From Armatimonadota bacterium (GTDB taxonomy: Bacteria; Armatimonadota; Armatimonadia; Armatimonadales; Armatimonadaceae), in NCBI GenBank assembly GCA_043754515.1, contig JAYUUO010000248.1, positions 1 through 26,083 on the forward strand: a stretch of DNA of 26,083 nt, in the 5' to 3' direction. How positions within the stretch are numbered: the stretch's first letter is position 1; each line of letters starts with the position of its first letter. This document shows, in pieces, positions 18,416 to 26,083 of this stretch. The translations under genes and the position numbers were made by a program. The notes under the pieces are model-generated. The model was not told the DNA's origin and searched no databases. It saw only the letters and a list, made by a program, of their open reading frames with translations.

Positions 18416-20038
18416 ATGACACGGCAAAAAACGCTTAACGAAATACTCCCCACCCTCACCAGCAAGCCACTTCCCCCCACCTCCGGCGGCACGGGCCAGA
18501 CCGTTATCACCGCGCTCGCGTTCGACTCGCGCAAGGTAACGGCGGGCACGTTGTTTATCGCCGTGCCGGGGGCGAAGCATGACGGGCATGATTTCGTGCG
18601 CGGCGCGGTCGCGAGCGGCGCGGCGGCCGTCGTGGTGCAAAGTGGACGCGATGGCGAATTCGCCGATCTGAAAGTGCCCGTGATCGTCGTGACGGACACG
18701 CGCAAGGCGATGGCACGGATCGCGTGCGCGTTCTACGACAACCCGACCGCCAAATTGCACCTCGCGGGCGTCACCGGCACGAACGGCAAAACCACAACCA
18801 CGCTGATGATGGAAAGTATCGCCCGCGCGAACGACGACAAAACCGCGTATGTCGGCACGCTCGGATTCGGCATCAACGGCGTGATCGTGGAGGGCGAGCG
18901 CACGACGCCGGAAGCGATTGACCTGCAAGCGTTCTTCGCCCGGTGCGTGGATGAGGGGGTAACGTCGGTGTGCATGGAAGTGTCGTCGCACGCGCTGGCG
19001 ACGGGGCGCACGGAAGGGTGTTTGTTCGATGTCGCCGTGTTCACGAACCTGACACAGGATCACCTCGACTTCCACGGCACGATGGAAGCCTACCGCGACG
19101 CGAAAGGCTTACTGTTTTCGGAGTATGCAGATGATGCGCGGGCGGCGGGGAAAACCTTCTATGGCGTCATCAACGGCGACGATGACGCAGGGCTAGATTA
19201 TTATTCGGAGGCGTGTGACGCAGCTCCCTTTGATATGACTGTACCGAAACCGATTTTGGATGCGTGGAATATATTCACCTATGGCAAAGACAACTGGGAG
19301 TTCTTGCACGATTTTTATTTCACGCCTGAATCCACTGAGTTATCTGTTGATAAAATCAAGTTCGTAAGCGGGTTTCGCGGCAGGTATGAGACAGATGAAA
19401 GACGCTTCGAGAGCCTTAACATTGAACTTCCGTTTGGGGGAGCGTTCAATATTTACAATGCTCTTGCCGCAGTCGGGTATGGCATCGCACGGGGACTGTT
19501 GCCCGCCGTTATCGCGGAGGGGCTTCGTACCTGTAAGCCGGTTCCCGGTCGCTTCGAGCCGGTCAAAGCTGGTCAGGATTACGCCGTGCTCGTGGACTAC
19601 GCGCACACACCGGACGGCCTCGACAACGTGCTGAAGTCGGCTCGTCCCCTCACGACCGGCAAACTGATCGCTGTGTTCGGGTGCGGCGGTGACCGTGACA
19701 AGACGAAGCGCCCCCTCATGGGCGGGATCGCGAAGAACCACGCCGACATCGCCATCGCGACGTCCGACAACCCGCGCACCGAAAACCCCGAAGCCATTCT
19801 GGACGACGTTCTCGCCGGGATGGACGGGCCTGCGGGCGCGACGGTGTACCGCGAGGCCGACCGCCGCGCCGCCATCGCGCTCGCCGTGTCGCTCGCCGCG
19901 CCGGGTGATACCATCGTTATCGCGGGCAAGGGGCACGAGACGTACCAGATCATCGGCACGCAAACGTTCCCATTCGACGACATCATAGTCGCAAAAGAGG
20001 AGATCCAGAAACATGCCGCCGCCACGAGGAAACCTTAA
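18416..20038 (+). CDS. murE: UDP-MurNAc-dipeptide:meso-DAP ligase
   Basis: GVTGTNGKTT, MEVSSH, TNLTQDHLDFH, VDYAHTPD and SDNPR (DAP-specificity motif). Confidence 0.96.
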   Translation: MTRQKTLNEILPTLTSKPLPPTSGGTGQTVITALAFDSRKVTAGTLFIAVPGAKHDGHDFVRGAVASGAAAVVVQSGRDGEFADLKVPVIVVTDTRKAMARIACAFYDNPTAKLHLAGVTGTNGKTTTTLMMESIARANDDKTAYVGTLGFGINGVIVEGERTTPEAIDLQAFFARCVDEGVTSVCMEVSSHALATGRTEGCLFDVAVFTNLTQDHLDFHGTMEAYRDAKGLLFSEYADDARAAGKTFYGVINGDDDAGLDYYSEACDAAPFDMTVPKPILDAWNIFTYGKDNWEFLHDFYFTPESTELSVDKIKFVSGFRGRYETDERRFESLNIELPFGGAFNIYNALAAVGYGIARGLLPAVIAEGLRTCKPVPGRFEPVKAGQDYAVLVDYAHTPDGLDNVLKSARPLTTGKLIAVFGCGGDRDKTKRPLMGGIAKNHADIAIATSDNPRTENPEAILDDVLAGMDGPAGATVYREADRRAAIALAVSLAAPGDTIVIAGKGHETYQIIGTQTFPFDDIIVAKEEIQKHAAATRKP

Positions 20039-21484
20039 ATGCTGCGCCCGCTAACGCTGGACGAGATCGCCGAAGTGACTGGGGGCGGAGTCGTCGGCAG
20101 TTCCCCCACCCCTCCGACCCACGACGCGGGCGACCTGACCGTCACTTCCATCTCCACGGACACGCGCACGATTCAGCCAGGCGCGTTGTTCGTCGCGCTA
20201 CGCGGCGAGAACTTCGACGGGCACGCCTTCCTGCAAGCCGCCGCCGACGCAGGCGCGGCGGCGTTCGTGACCGACCGCGTGCTCAAAGACGGTGAGCCGA
20301 AACTGCCCCATGTCGTCGTCACGGACACGCTCCGCGCGCTCGGCGACATCGCCCGCCTTTCGCGCGACGGGTTCACGGGGCCTGTCATCGGCGTTACCGG
20401 CAGCGTCGGCAAAACGACGACTAAAGAGATGCTCGCGGGGGTGCTCGGCGCGACGTTCAACGTCCACAAGTCGGCCGCGAACCACAACAACGAAATCGGG
20501 GTGCCACAAACCATCTTCGACATGGAGCCGACACACACCGCGCTGGTAGTTGAAATGGGGATGCGCGGCGCGGGCGAGATCCGCCGCTTATGCGAGATCG
20601 CCGCGCCGACTATCGGCGTCATCACCGGCATCGGAACGTCGCATATCGAACGGCTCGGCTCGCGCGAGGCCATCGCGGACGCGAAGGGCGAACTGTTCCA
20701 GATGCTCCCCCCCGACGGCGTGGCGATATACCCGGCGGACGATCCGTACGCGAACGATCTGGCGGCGAAGTTCGCGGGACGCAAAGTGACGGTGCGGCAA
20801 TTACCGCCCGAGGTGCCCGCGCGTGCCGACCGCTACGTCGTCGCTTCGGATGTCGCGCGTCAGGACAACGGCTACCGCTTCACGGTCACCACGGCCGACG
20901 CGACGCAAAAGTTTTTCCTGCCCTCCCCCGGCGAGTTTAATATCAAGAACACCCTGCTCGCGGTCGCGGTCGGCGAGGTACTAGAGGTCTCGCTCGACGC
21001 AATGGCACGCGCCCTGAACCGTTTCCAGCCGCCTCCCATGCGCCTCGAAACACTCCTGTCGCCGTCGGACGTGACCGTGTTATCTGACGCCTACAACGCC
21101 GCGCCGGACTCGATGATCGGCGCGCTGAAGACGCTTCGTGACGCGCCGGTCGGCGCGAACGGAAAGCGGATCGCGGTGTTAGGCGAAATGCGCGAACTCG
21201 GGGCGTTCGCGGACGAAGGTCACCTGCTCGTCGGTCGCGCCGCCGCGCAACTCGCCAAGCCCGACACGCTGGTGCTGATCGGCGAGAACGACGCCCGAAA
21301 AATCGCCGCCGGTGCGATTGCCGAGGGTTTTCCACTCGACAGCATCCACTATTTCGACACGTCCGAACAGGCCGCTAAACTGATTGCGATCATCGTCCAG
21401 CCCGGCGACGCCATCCTGATTAAAGGCTCGCGGGCGATGGCGATGGAGCAGATCGTGAAGGCTCTGATGGGAGACGCGCTTTGA
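20039..21484 (+). CDS. murF: UDP-MurNAc-tripeptide:D-Ala-D-Ala ligase
   Basis: GVTGSVGKTTTKE, NNEIGVP, DAYNAAPDSM, LGEMRELG and KGSR. Confidence 0.96.
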   Translation: MLRPLTLDEIAEVTGGGVVGSSPTPPTHDAGDLTVTSISTDTRTIQPGALFVALRGENFDGHAFLQAAADAGAAAFVTDRVLKDGEPKLPHVVVTDTLRALGDIARLSRDGFTGPVIGVTGSVGKTTTKEMLAGVLGATFNVHKSAANHNNEIGVPQTIFDMEPTHTALVVEMGMRGAGEIRRLCEIAAPTIGVITGIGTSHIERLGSREAIADAKGELFQMLPPDGVAIYPADDPYANDLAAKFAGRKVTVRQLPPEVPARADRYVVASDVARQDNGYRFTVTTADATQKFFLPSPGEFNIKNTLLAVAVGEVLEVSLDAMARALNRFQPPPMRLETLLSPSDVTVLSDAYNAAPDSMIGALKTLRDAPVGANGKRIAVLGEMRELGAFADEGHLLVGRAAAQLAKPDTLVLIGENDARKIAAGAIAEGFPLDSIHYFDTSEQAAKLIAIIVQPGDAILIKGSRAMAMEQIVKALMGDAL

Positions 21485-22572
21485 TCACGCTCGCCGTCGC
21501 GTTCGTGATTGCCCTGACGCTGTCCCTACTAGCGGGTGGCGGCGTTATAAACGCGCTCGCCCGCGCCAAGGCGAGTCAGCCGATCTCCGAGAACGCCCCC
21601 GACGTACATCAACTCAAGCAGGGCACCCCGACCATGGGCGGCTTGCTGATACTGCTCGCGACCGTGGTAGCGACGCCGTTCGGCTTGTGGTCGAGCTACA
21701 CGAAGTATATGGCACTCGTGAGCGGCGCGAATGTCGCGTCGAACCCCACGGTGAACTGGTTTTTGCACCTGTGCGCCCCGACCTGCATCGTGCTGATCGT
21801 GTTCGCGCTCGGTTGCGGCATCGGGTTGATGGACGATCTAGGGAAGGCGCGTAAGAAACAGAACGGCGCGGGGCTTTCCGAGCGGTCGAAACTTTTGTAT
21901 CAGTTGTTCGTAGCCGTGTTTTTCGCCGGGTATCTCTGGCTGGACGGGGTGCCGGGGATCACTACCGCGCTGTTTTTGGGCGGCTACTGGCTCGACCTCG
22001 GGCCGTTCTACTACGTTTTCGTGATCCTGTATCTTCTGTACTTCGGGAACGCGGTTAACTTCACCGATGGGCTGGACGGACTCGCGTCCGGCACGACCCT
22101 GATCACGTCGCTTACGCTCGGCACACTCGCCGCCGCGAGTGCGCCCGCGCTTGGGGTCCCGGCGTTTTACGGCGCGGTCGCGGGCGCGTGCGCGGGCTTC
22201 CTATGGTTTAACGCCTACCCCGCCCGCGTTTTCATGGGCGATACCGGCTCGCTGGCACTCGGGATGGGCATGGCGGCGGCGGCAATCGCGATCAAGCAGG
22301 AGCTGCTGTTTCTAGTCGTCGGGGCGTTGTTCGGCGTGGAAATGTTCTCCATGATGATCCAGCGTTACGTATTCAAATACCGACGCATCCGGTACGGCAT
22401 CGAGTACGCGAAGGCGAACCGCGTGTTCCGCCGCGCCCCGCTCCACCATCATTTCGAGGAGCTAGGCTGGCGCGAAACGCAGGTCGTCACGCGGTTCTAC
22501 GTCGCCGCGCTCGCGTTCGCCGCGCTTGGCGTGCTACTGGCACCGTATCTTAGCATCGGGGGGGTGCGGTAG
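21481..22572 (+). CDS. mraY: Phospho-MurNAc-pentapeptide transferase
   Basis: KQGTPTMGG, NAVNFTDGLDGLA, FMGDTGS and APLHHHFEE. Confidence 0.96.
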   Translation: MITLAVAFVIALTLSLLAGGGVINALARAKASQPISENAPDVHQLKQGTPTMGGLLILLATVVATPFGLWSSYTKYMALVSGANVASNPTVNWFLHLCAPTCIVLIVFALGCGIGLMDDLGKARKKQNGAGLSERSKLLYQLFVAVFFAGYLWLDGVPGITTALFLGGYWLDLGPFYYVFVILYLLYFGNAVNFTDGLDGLASGTTLITSLTLGTLAAASAPALGVPAFYGAVAGACAGFLWFNAYPARVFMGDTGSLALGMGMAAAAIAIKQELLFLVVGALFGVEMFSMMIQRYVFKYRRIRYGIEYAKANRVFRRAPLHHHFEELGWRETQVVTRFYVAALAFAALGVLLAPYLSIGGVR

Positions 22573-24324
22573 ATGCCTGATAACCAGAACGTCCTCTTCG
22601 CCAGCAAGCGCATCGCGGTGATCGGACTCGCGGCGACGGGTCTCGCGACCGCCCGTGTACTCAGCGAGCGCGGCGCGGTGGTCACCGTCTACGATGGCAA
22701 GCCGGAGGCGGCTCTCGACGCGGCGCGGGTCGCGGAAGCGAAAGCCATACCCGGCGTACGACTCGCGCTGGGCGTCGCCGAGCCGGATTGGAGCGAGACG
22801 GATCTCGTCGTGCCGTCTCCAGGAGTGCCCAAAACCGCGCGGGCGATAGCAGGCGCGTTCGAGCGGAACATCCCGGTCTGGTCGGAGATCGAGGTCGCAT
22901 ACCGGCTCGCGGTCGCGCCGATACTCGCCATCACCGGCACGAACGGCAAGACCACCACCACCGCGCTGGTCGGGGCGATCTGCCGCGAGGCCGGACTTGT
23001 CACGTTCGTCGCGGGCAACATCGCCGAGGATGAGGGCAAGCGCGTGCCCTTGATCGAGGCGGCGGTGGAATGCCCAGCGGACGGCGTGATTGTCGCGGAG
23101 ATTTCGTCGTTCCAGTTGGAGCATGTTCATACGTTTAAGCCGAAGGTCGCCGCGTGGCTCAACCTCTCGGTAGATCACATGGACCGGTATTCGGGCATGG
23201 ACGAGTACGCCCGCGCCAAAGCCAAAATATTCGCCGCACAGGATGAGACCGACACGGCAGTTCTGAACGCAGACGACGAAATCGTAATGAAGTACAGCAC
23301 CGGCGTCGGTAGTGGGAACCGCTGCCACTTTGCAAATGAATTAGGTGGGCATTCCGAAGAAGGTTTTTATCAAGTAGGCGATAATTTTGTGCAAGCCGAA
23401 GATGACTACTATTTCAAACTGTTTCCTGTCGCCGTAGTGCAACTCGTCGGGCGTCATAATATTGCGAACACGCTCTCTGCGATTGCAATGACGCGTGCGT
23501 TCGGTATCACGGAGAAGGTAGTTAAACGCGGAATCAAGGGATTTCGCGGGGTAGCGCACCGGATGGAGTTCGTCGCGGAGGTGCGCGGCGTGCGCTACAT
23601 CAACAACTCGATGTGTACCAACCCCGCCGCCGTGGAAGCGTCCGTGTCCGCCATCACCGCGCCGCTTATCGCTATTTCCGGCGGCATCCACAAAGGCGGC
23701 GACCTGACCTCGATGTATGAATCGCTGTCCAGCAACGCGCGGCACGTGGTGCTCATCGGTGCGTCAAGAGCCGAACTGCGGGCGGGACTTCTGGCGGCGG
23801 GTATGGACGCCGGCGCGATTTCAGAGGCGGATACGTTGCCGGAGGCGGTACAGGTTGCGGCGGGTGTTGCAGTGGCTGGGGATACGGTGATGCTGGTGCC
23901 AGGGTGCGCGTCGTTTGATATGTTCTCGGGGTTCGAGGAGCGCGGGGCGGTGTTTCGGGCGGCGGTGGGGGGGCTCGTGGCGGCTTGTGAGGCGGCGATG
24001 AGGGATGAGGTGAAGGCGGGGAGTGGTTTGGAGTCGGCACGCATGGCTTACTCGATGCTCCTAGGCGGCGGGGTTATGGGGGGGTCGCCGGTGGTCGTCG
24101 GGGGGGTGCGGGTGGTCGTGCCCCCACCCCCTAGCTCCCTCCCCCGCTCCGCAGGAGAGGGGGAACCTGATACCAGAGTCGCTCCGCTCCCAAGGAACCT
24201 TCCAGGTTCCCCCTCTCCTGCGGAGCGGGGGAGGGAGCTAGGGGGTGGGGGCACGACCACCCGCAACCCCCCGACGACCACCGGCGACCCCCCCATAACC
24301 CCGCCGCCTAGGAGCATCGAGTAA
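22573..24324 (+). CDS. murD: UDP-MurNAc-L-Ala:D-Glu ligase with a ~115-aa C-terminal extension largely encoded by a palindrome
   Basis: VPSPGVP, AITGTNGKTTTT, EISSFQLE, HRME and PGCASFDMFSGFEERG. Homology ends near 23976 but the first stop codon is at 24322-24324. Confidence 0.93.
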   Translation: MPDNQNVLFASKRIAVIGLAATGLATARVLSERGAVVTVYDGKPEAALDAARVAEAKAIPGVRLALGVAEPDWSETDLVVPSPGVPKTARAIAGAFERNIPVWSEIEVAYRLAVAPILAITGTNGKTTTTALVGAICREAGLVTFVAGNIAEDEGKRVPLIEAAVECPADGVIVAEISSFQLEHVHTFKPKVAAWLNLSVDHMDRYSGMDEYARAKAKIFAAQDETDTAVLNADDEIVMKYSTGVGSGNRCHFANELGGHSEEGFYQVGDNFVQAEDDYYFKLFPVAVVQLVGRHNIANTLSAIAMTRAFGITEKVVKRGIKGFRGVAHRMEFVAEVRGVRYINNSMCTNPAAVEASVSAITAPLIAISGGIHKGGDLTSMYESLSSNARHVVLIGASRAELRAGLLAAGMDAGAISEADTLPEAVQVAAGVAVAGDTVMLVPGCASFDMFSGFEERGAVFRAAVGGLVAACEAAMRDEVKAGSGLESARMAYSMLLGGGVMGGSPVVVGGVRVVVPPPPSSLPRSAGEGEPDTRVAPLPRNLPGSPSPAERGRELGGGGTTTRNPPTTTGDPPITPPPRSIE

Positions 24325-24338
24325 GCCATGCGTGCCGA
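24034..24338. repeat. 305-bp palindrome with 136-bp arms and a 33-nt loop
   Basis: 24034-24169 is the reverse complement of 24203-24338. I found one mismatch (24106/24266). Confidence 0.95.
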
Positions 24339-24951
24339 GTTGCAGATTGGTTTGGCGCGTGGGCATCGGCGGGCACCGACCGTCAGCGAGGCATTGCTCT
24401 GGGAGTTTTTGCGCGACGAGAAGTTGGACGGCTTGCGGTTTCGTCGTCAACACCCCGTGCAATTTACCCGGTTTATCGCCGACTTTTGCTGTGTCGCGCT
24501 AAAGTTGATCGTCGAAATTGACGGCGGCTATCACAACGAGCCGGAGCAAGCCGAACGTGACCGGGTGCGAGAGATGCTTATCACGGAGTCTGGCTATACG
24601 TTCGTGCGGTTCAGTGATAGGCAGGTGCTCAGCACCATGCCAGAGGTTTTAGAGCTGATACGCGAAGCGGTGCACGTTCTTGAGAGAGGGCTTATCCCGG
24701 TTGGTGCCCCCACCCCCCCGGCCCCCCTCCCCCGCTCCGCAGGAGAGGGGGGAGTGGATGCGGGGAACGATTCGTCGGTAGATAGCCCCGTGTTAGTTGA
24801 CGCTGGAACTGCATTTACTCCCCCCTCTCCTGCGCAGCGGGGGAGGGGGGCCGGGGGGGTGGGGGCACGACCGAGAGGGATGGCGAAGTATAAGTGCGAC
24901 CACCAACAGGCGGTGCGGCACCTGCTCGCGGATCGGCCCCACGCCCGGTAG
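24328..24951 (+). CDS. DUF559 (Vsr-like) endonuclease with a repeat-derived C-terminal tail
   Basis: EALLWEFLR, FRRQHPV, FIADFCC, LIVEIDGGYH, RDRVRE and GYTFVRF. The nuclease core ends near 24680. Confidence 0.9.
   Translation: MRAELQIGLARGHRRAPTVSEALLWEFLRDEKLDGLRFRRQHPVQFTRFIADFCCVALKLIVEIDGGYHNEPEQAERDRVREMLITESGYTFVRFSDRQVLSTMPEVLELIREAVHVLERGLIPVGAPTPPAPLPRSAGEGGVDAGNDSSVDSPVLVDAGTAFTPPSPAQRGRGAGGVGARPRGMAKYKCDHQQAVRHLLADRPHAR
24704..24868. repeat. Second palindrome (arms about 52-58 bp) from the same repeat family
   Basis: gtgcccccacccccccggcccccctcccccgctccgcaggagaggggggagt at 24704-24755 and its inverse at 24817-24868, one mismatch. Confidence 0.92.
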
Positions 24952-25128
24952 GTACCGGCTACTCATAATCCGCTCTCACGCCCCACGAACTCGCGTCGAG
25001 CAACCCCACCAGGATGCGATCGCCCACACGATCCATATCGGCTTCGAGGGCGGCAGAAAAACGACGAGTAAAAACACTCCCGCGCCATTTTCCGCAATAA
25101 TCAGCCGCGAGGCAGTAAGATAGCTATT

Positions 25129-26083
25129 ATGGACACCACGGAAAAAGGTTTGGAGGAGGTCATCGAGCGGTCGCTCCTCGGTAGCGGGTTTGCGGCGGGC
25201 ACGAACGACGATTACGCCCGCGCGTTCTGCCTGGACGTGGCGACCTTCTATGACTTTCTGCGCGAAACGCAACCGACCGTTTGGGACAAGCTCGACCTCG
25301 CGGGCGGCGGCGCGAAAGAGACGGAGTTTCTGAAGCGGCTCTTCGACGAAATCGGCCGGCGGGGCATTACCGAATGCCTGCGCGACGGCGTTAAGCACAA
25401 AACGGAAACGGTGCTGCCCTACTTCAAGAAACCGGCGTCCGGGCGCAACCCCGACGCCGCCCGCAAGCACGCGGCTAACCGGTGGACCGTGACGCGGCAA
25501 CTGCGCTACAGCGACGCCGACCCCGGCAAGTCGCTCGACATGGTGCTGTCCGTGAACGGCTTCCCGGTCGTGACGCTCGAACTCAAAAACCGCTTCACCG
25601 GGCAGAATGTCACCCACGCGATAGCGCAATATCGGAAAGATCGGAGCGCACGGGAGCCGCTTTTCGCGCTGGGGCGGGTGGTGGCGCATTTCGCCGTGGA
25701 CGACAGTCAGGTGTATGTCGCCGCGCGTTTGCAGAACACCGAGACGCAGTTTCTGCCCTTCAATCAGGGCGCGGAGGACGGCGGCAAGGGCAACCCGGTA
25801 TCACCCGGCGGACTGAAAACGGCGTATCTTTGGGAGCGGATACTCACCCCCGGCTCGCTCGCCGAACTGCTGGAGAAGTACGCCCTTTGCTTCCGCGACA
25901 ACCCGAAACTGACGAACACGCCGCTCAAGAACGCCGTTTTCCCGCGCTACCACCAGCTCGATCTCGTCCGCTTTCTGCTCGCCGACGTGCGCGAGAACGG
26001 CGCGGGGAGAGCCTACCTCGTGCAACATTCGGCGGGTTCGGGCAAGTCAAACAGCATCGCGTGGCTAGCGCATCAGTTGTCGG
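25129..26083 (+). CDS. hsdR: Type I restriction enzyme R subunit, N-terminal part (runs off the window; absent from the ORF track)
   Basis: My translation from ATG 25129 gives MDTTEKGLEEVIE...SLDMVLSVNGFPVVTLELKN (nuclease D...ExK), QYRKDR, FLPFNQG, FPRYHQLD and QHSAGSGKSNSIAWLAHQL (Walker A). Confidence 0.93.
   Translation, partial: MDTTEKGLEEVIERSLLGSGFAAGTNDDYARAFCLDVATFYDFLRETQPTVWDKLDLAGGGAKETEFLKRLFDEIGRRGITECLRDGVKHKTETVLPYFKKPASGRNPDAARKHAANRWTVTRQLRYSDADPGKSLDMVLSVNGFPVVTLELKNRFTGQNVTHAIAQYRKDRSAREPLFALGRVVAHFAVDDSQVYVAARLQNTETQFLPFNQGAEDGGKGNPVSPGGLKTAYLWERILTPGSLAELLEKYALCFRDNPKLTNTPLKNAVFPRYHQLDLVRFLLADVRENGAGRAYLVQHSAGSGKSNSIAWLAHQLS

Noticed and set aside
19190..19470. Intein or intron in murE or murD
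   Set aside because: There are no intein terminal motifs (C/S...HN-C/S/T) and no frame interruption, and the segments occupy a normal subdomain position.
24048..24329. Minus-strand 93-aa ORF as an independent gene
   Set aside because: It is the mirror consequence of the palindrome and shows no independent coding signal.
24034..24868. CRISPR array or attC cassette array
   Set aside because: The repeats are inverted pairs, not direct repeats with regular spacers, and no cas or integrase gene is present in the window.
24880..25123. Decayed RelE/ParE-like toxin remnant (MAKYK..., GRYRLLII)
   Set aside because: The resemblance is limited to a few residues in two frames and cannot be supported without a search.
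24976..25689. 237-aa minus-strand ORF and the many other antisense ORFs in the window
   Set aside because: These are shadow ORFs of high-GC coding sequence. The real gene here is hsdR on the + strand.
1..26083. The two hsdR fragments as halves of one gene or a direct-repeat boundary
   Set aside because: They are simply cut by the window edges, and no shared flanking repeat was seen.

Overview
High-GC bacterial chromosome segment. An Armatimonadota-like host is my guess from gene content and is not established. The window is bracketed by two unrelated type I restriction hsdR genes: a 3' end plus an M48/YgjP peptidase at left, and a 5' end at right that the ORF track misses. Between them lie a stand-alone C-terminal half of carB, a secreted redoxin/haem c/copper-monooxygenase-like protein, an ECF sigma/anti-sigma/RseB-like operon, thrC, signal peptidase, purC, a GNAT, a ROK kinase and the dcw cluster (mraZ-rsmH-ftsL-ftsI-murE-murF-mraY-murD). 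The most striking structure follows murD. A DUF559 nuclease gene is flanked by two large palindromes built from a shared ~46-bp repeat. The first is a 305-bp hairpin (136-bp arms, one mismatch) that is read through in frame as a MurD tail and covers the nuclease start codon. Other notable items are parallel AT-rich patches at the equivalent position of murE and murD, the split carB, a TA-flanked MITE, and local G-rich/C-rich strand asymmetry near repeats.
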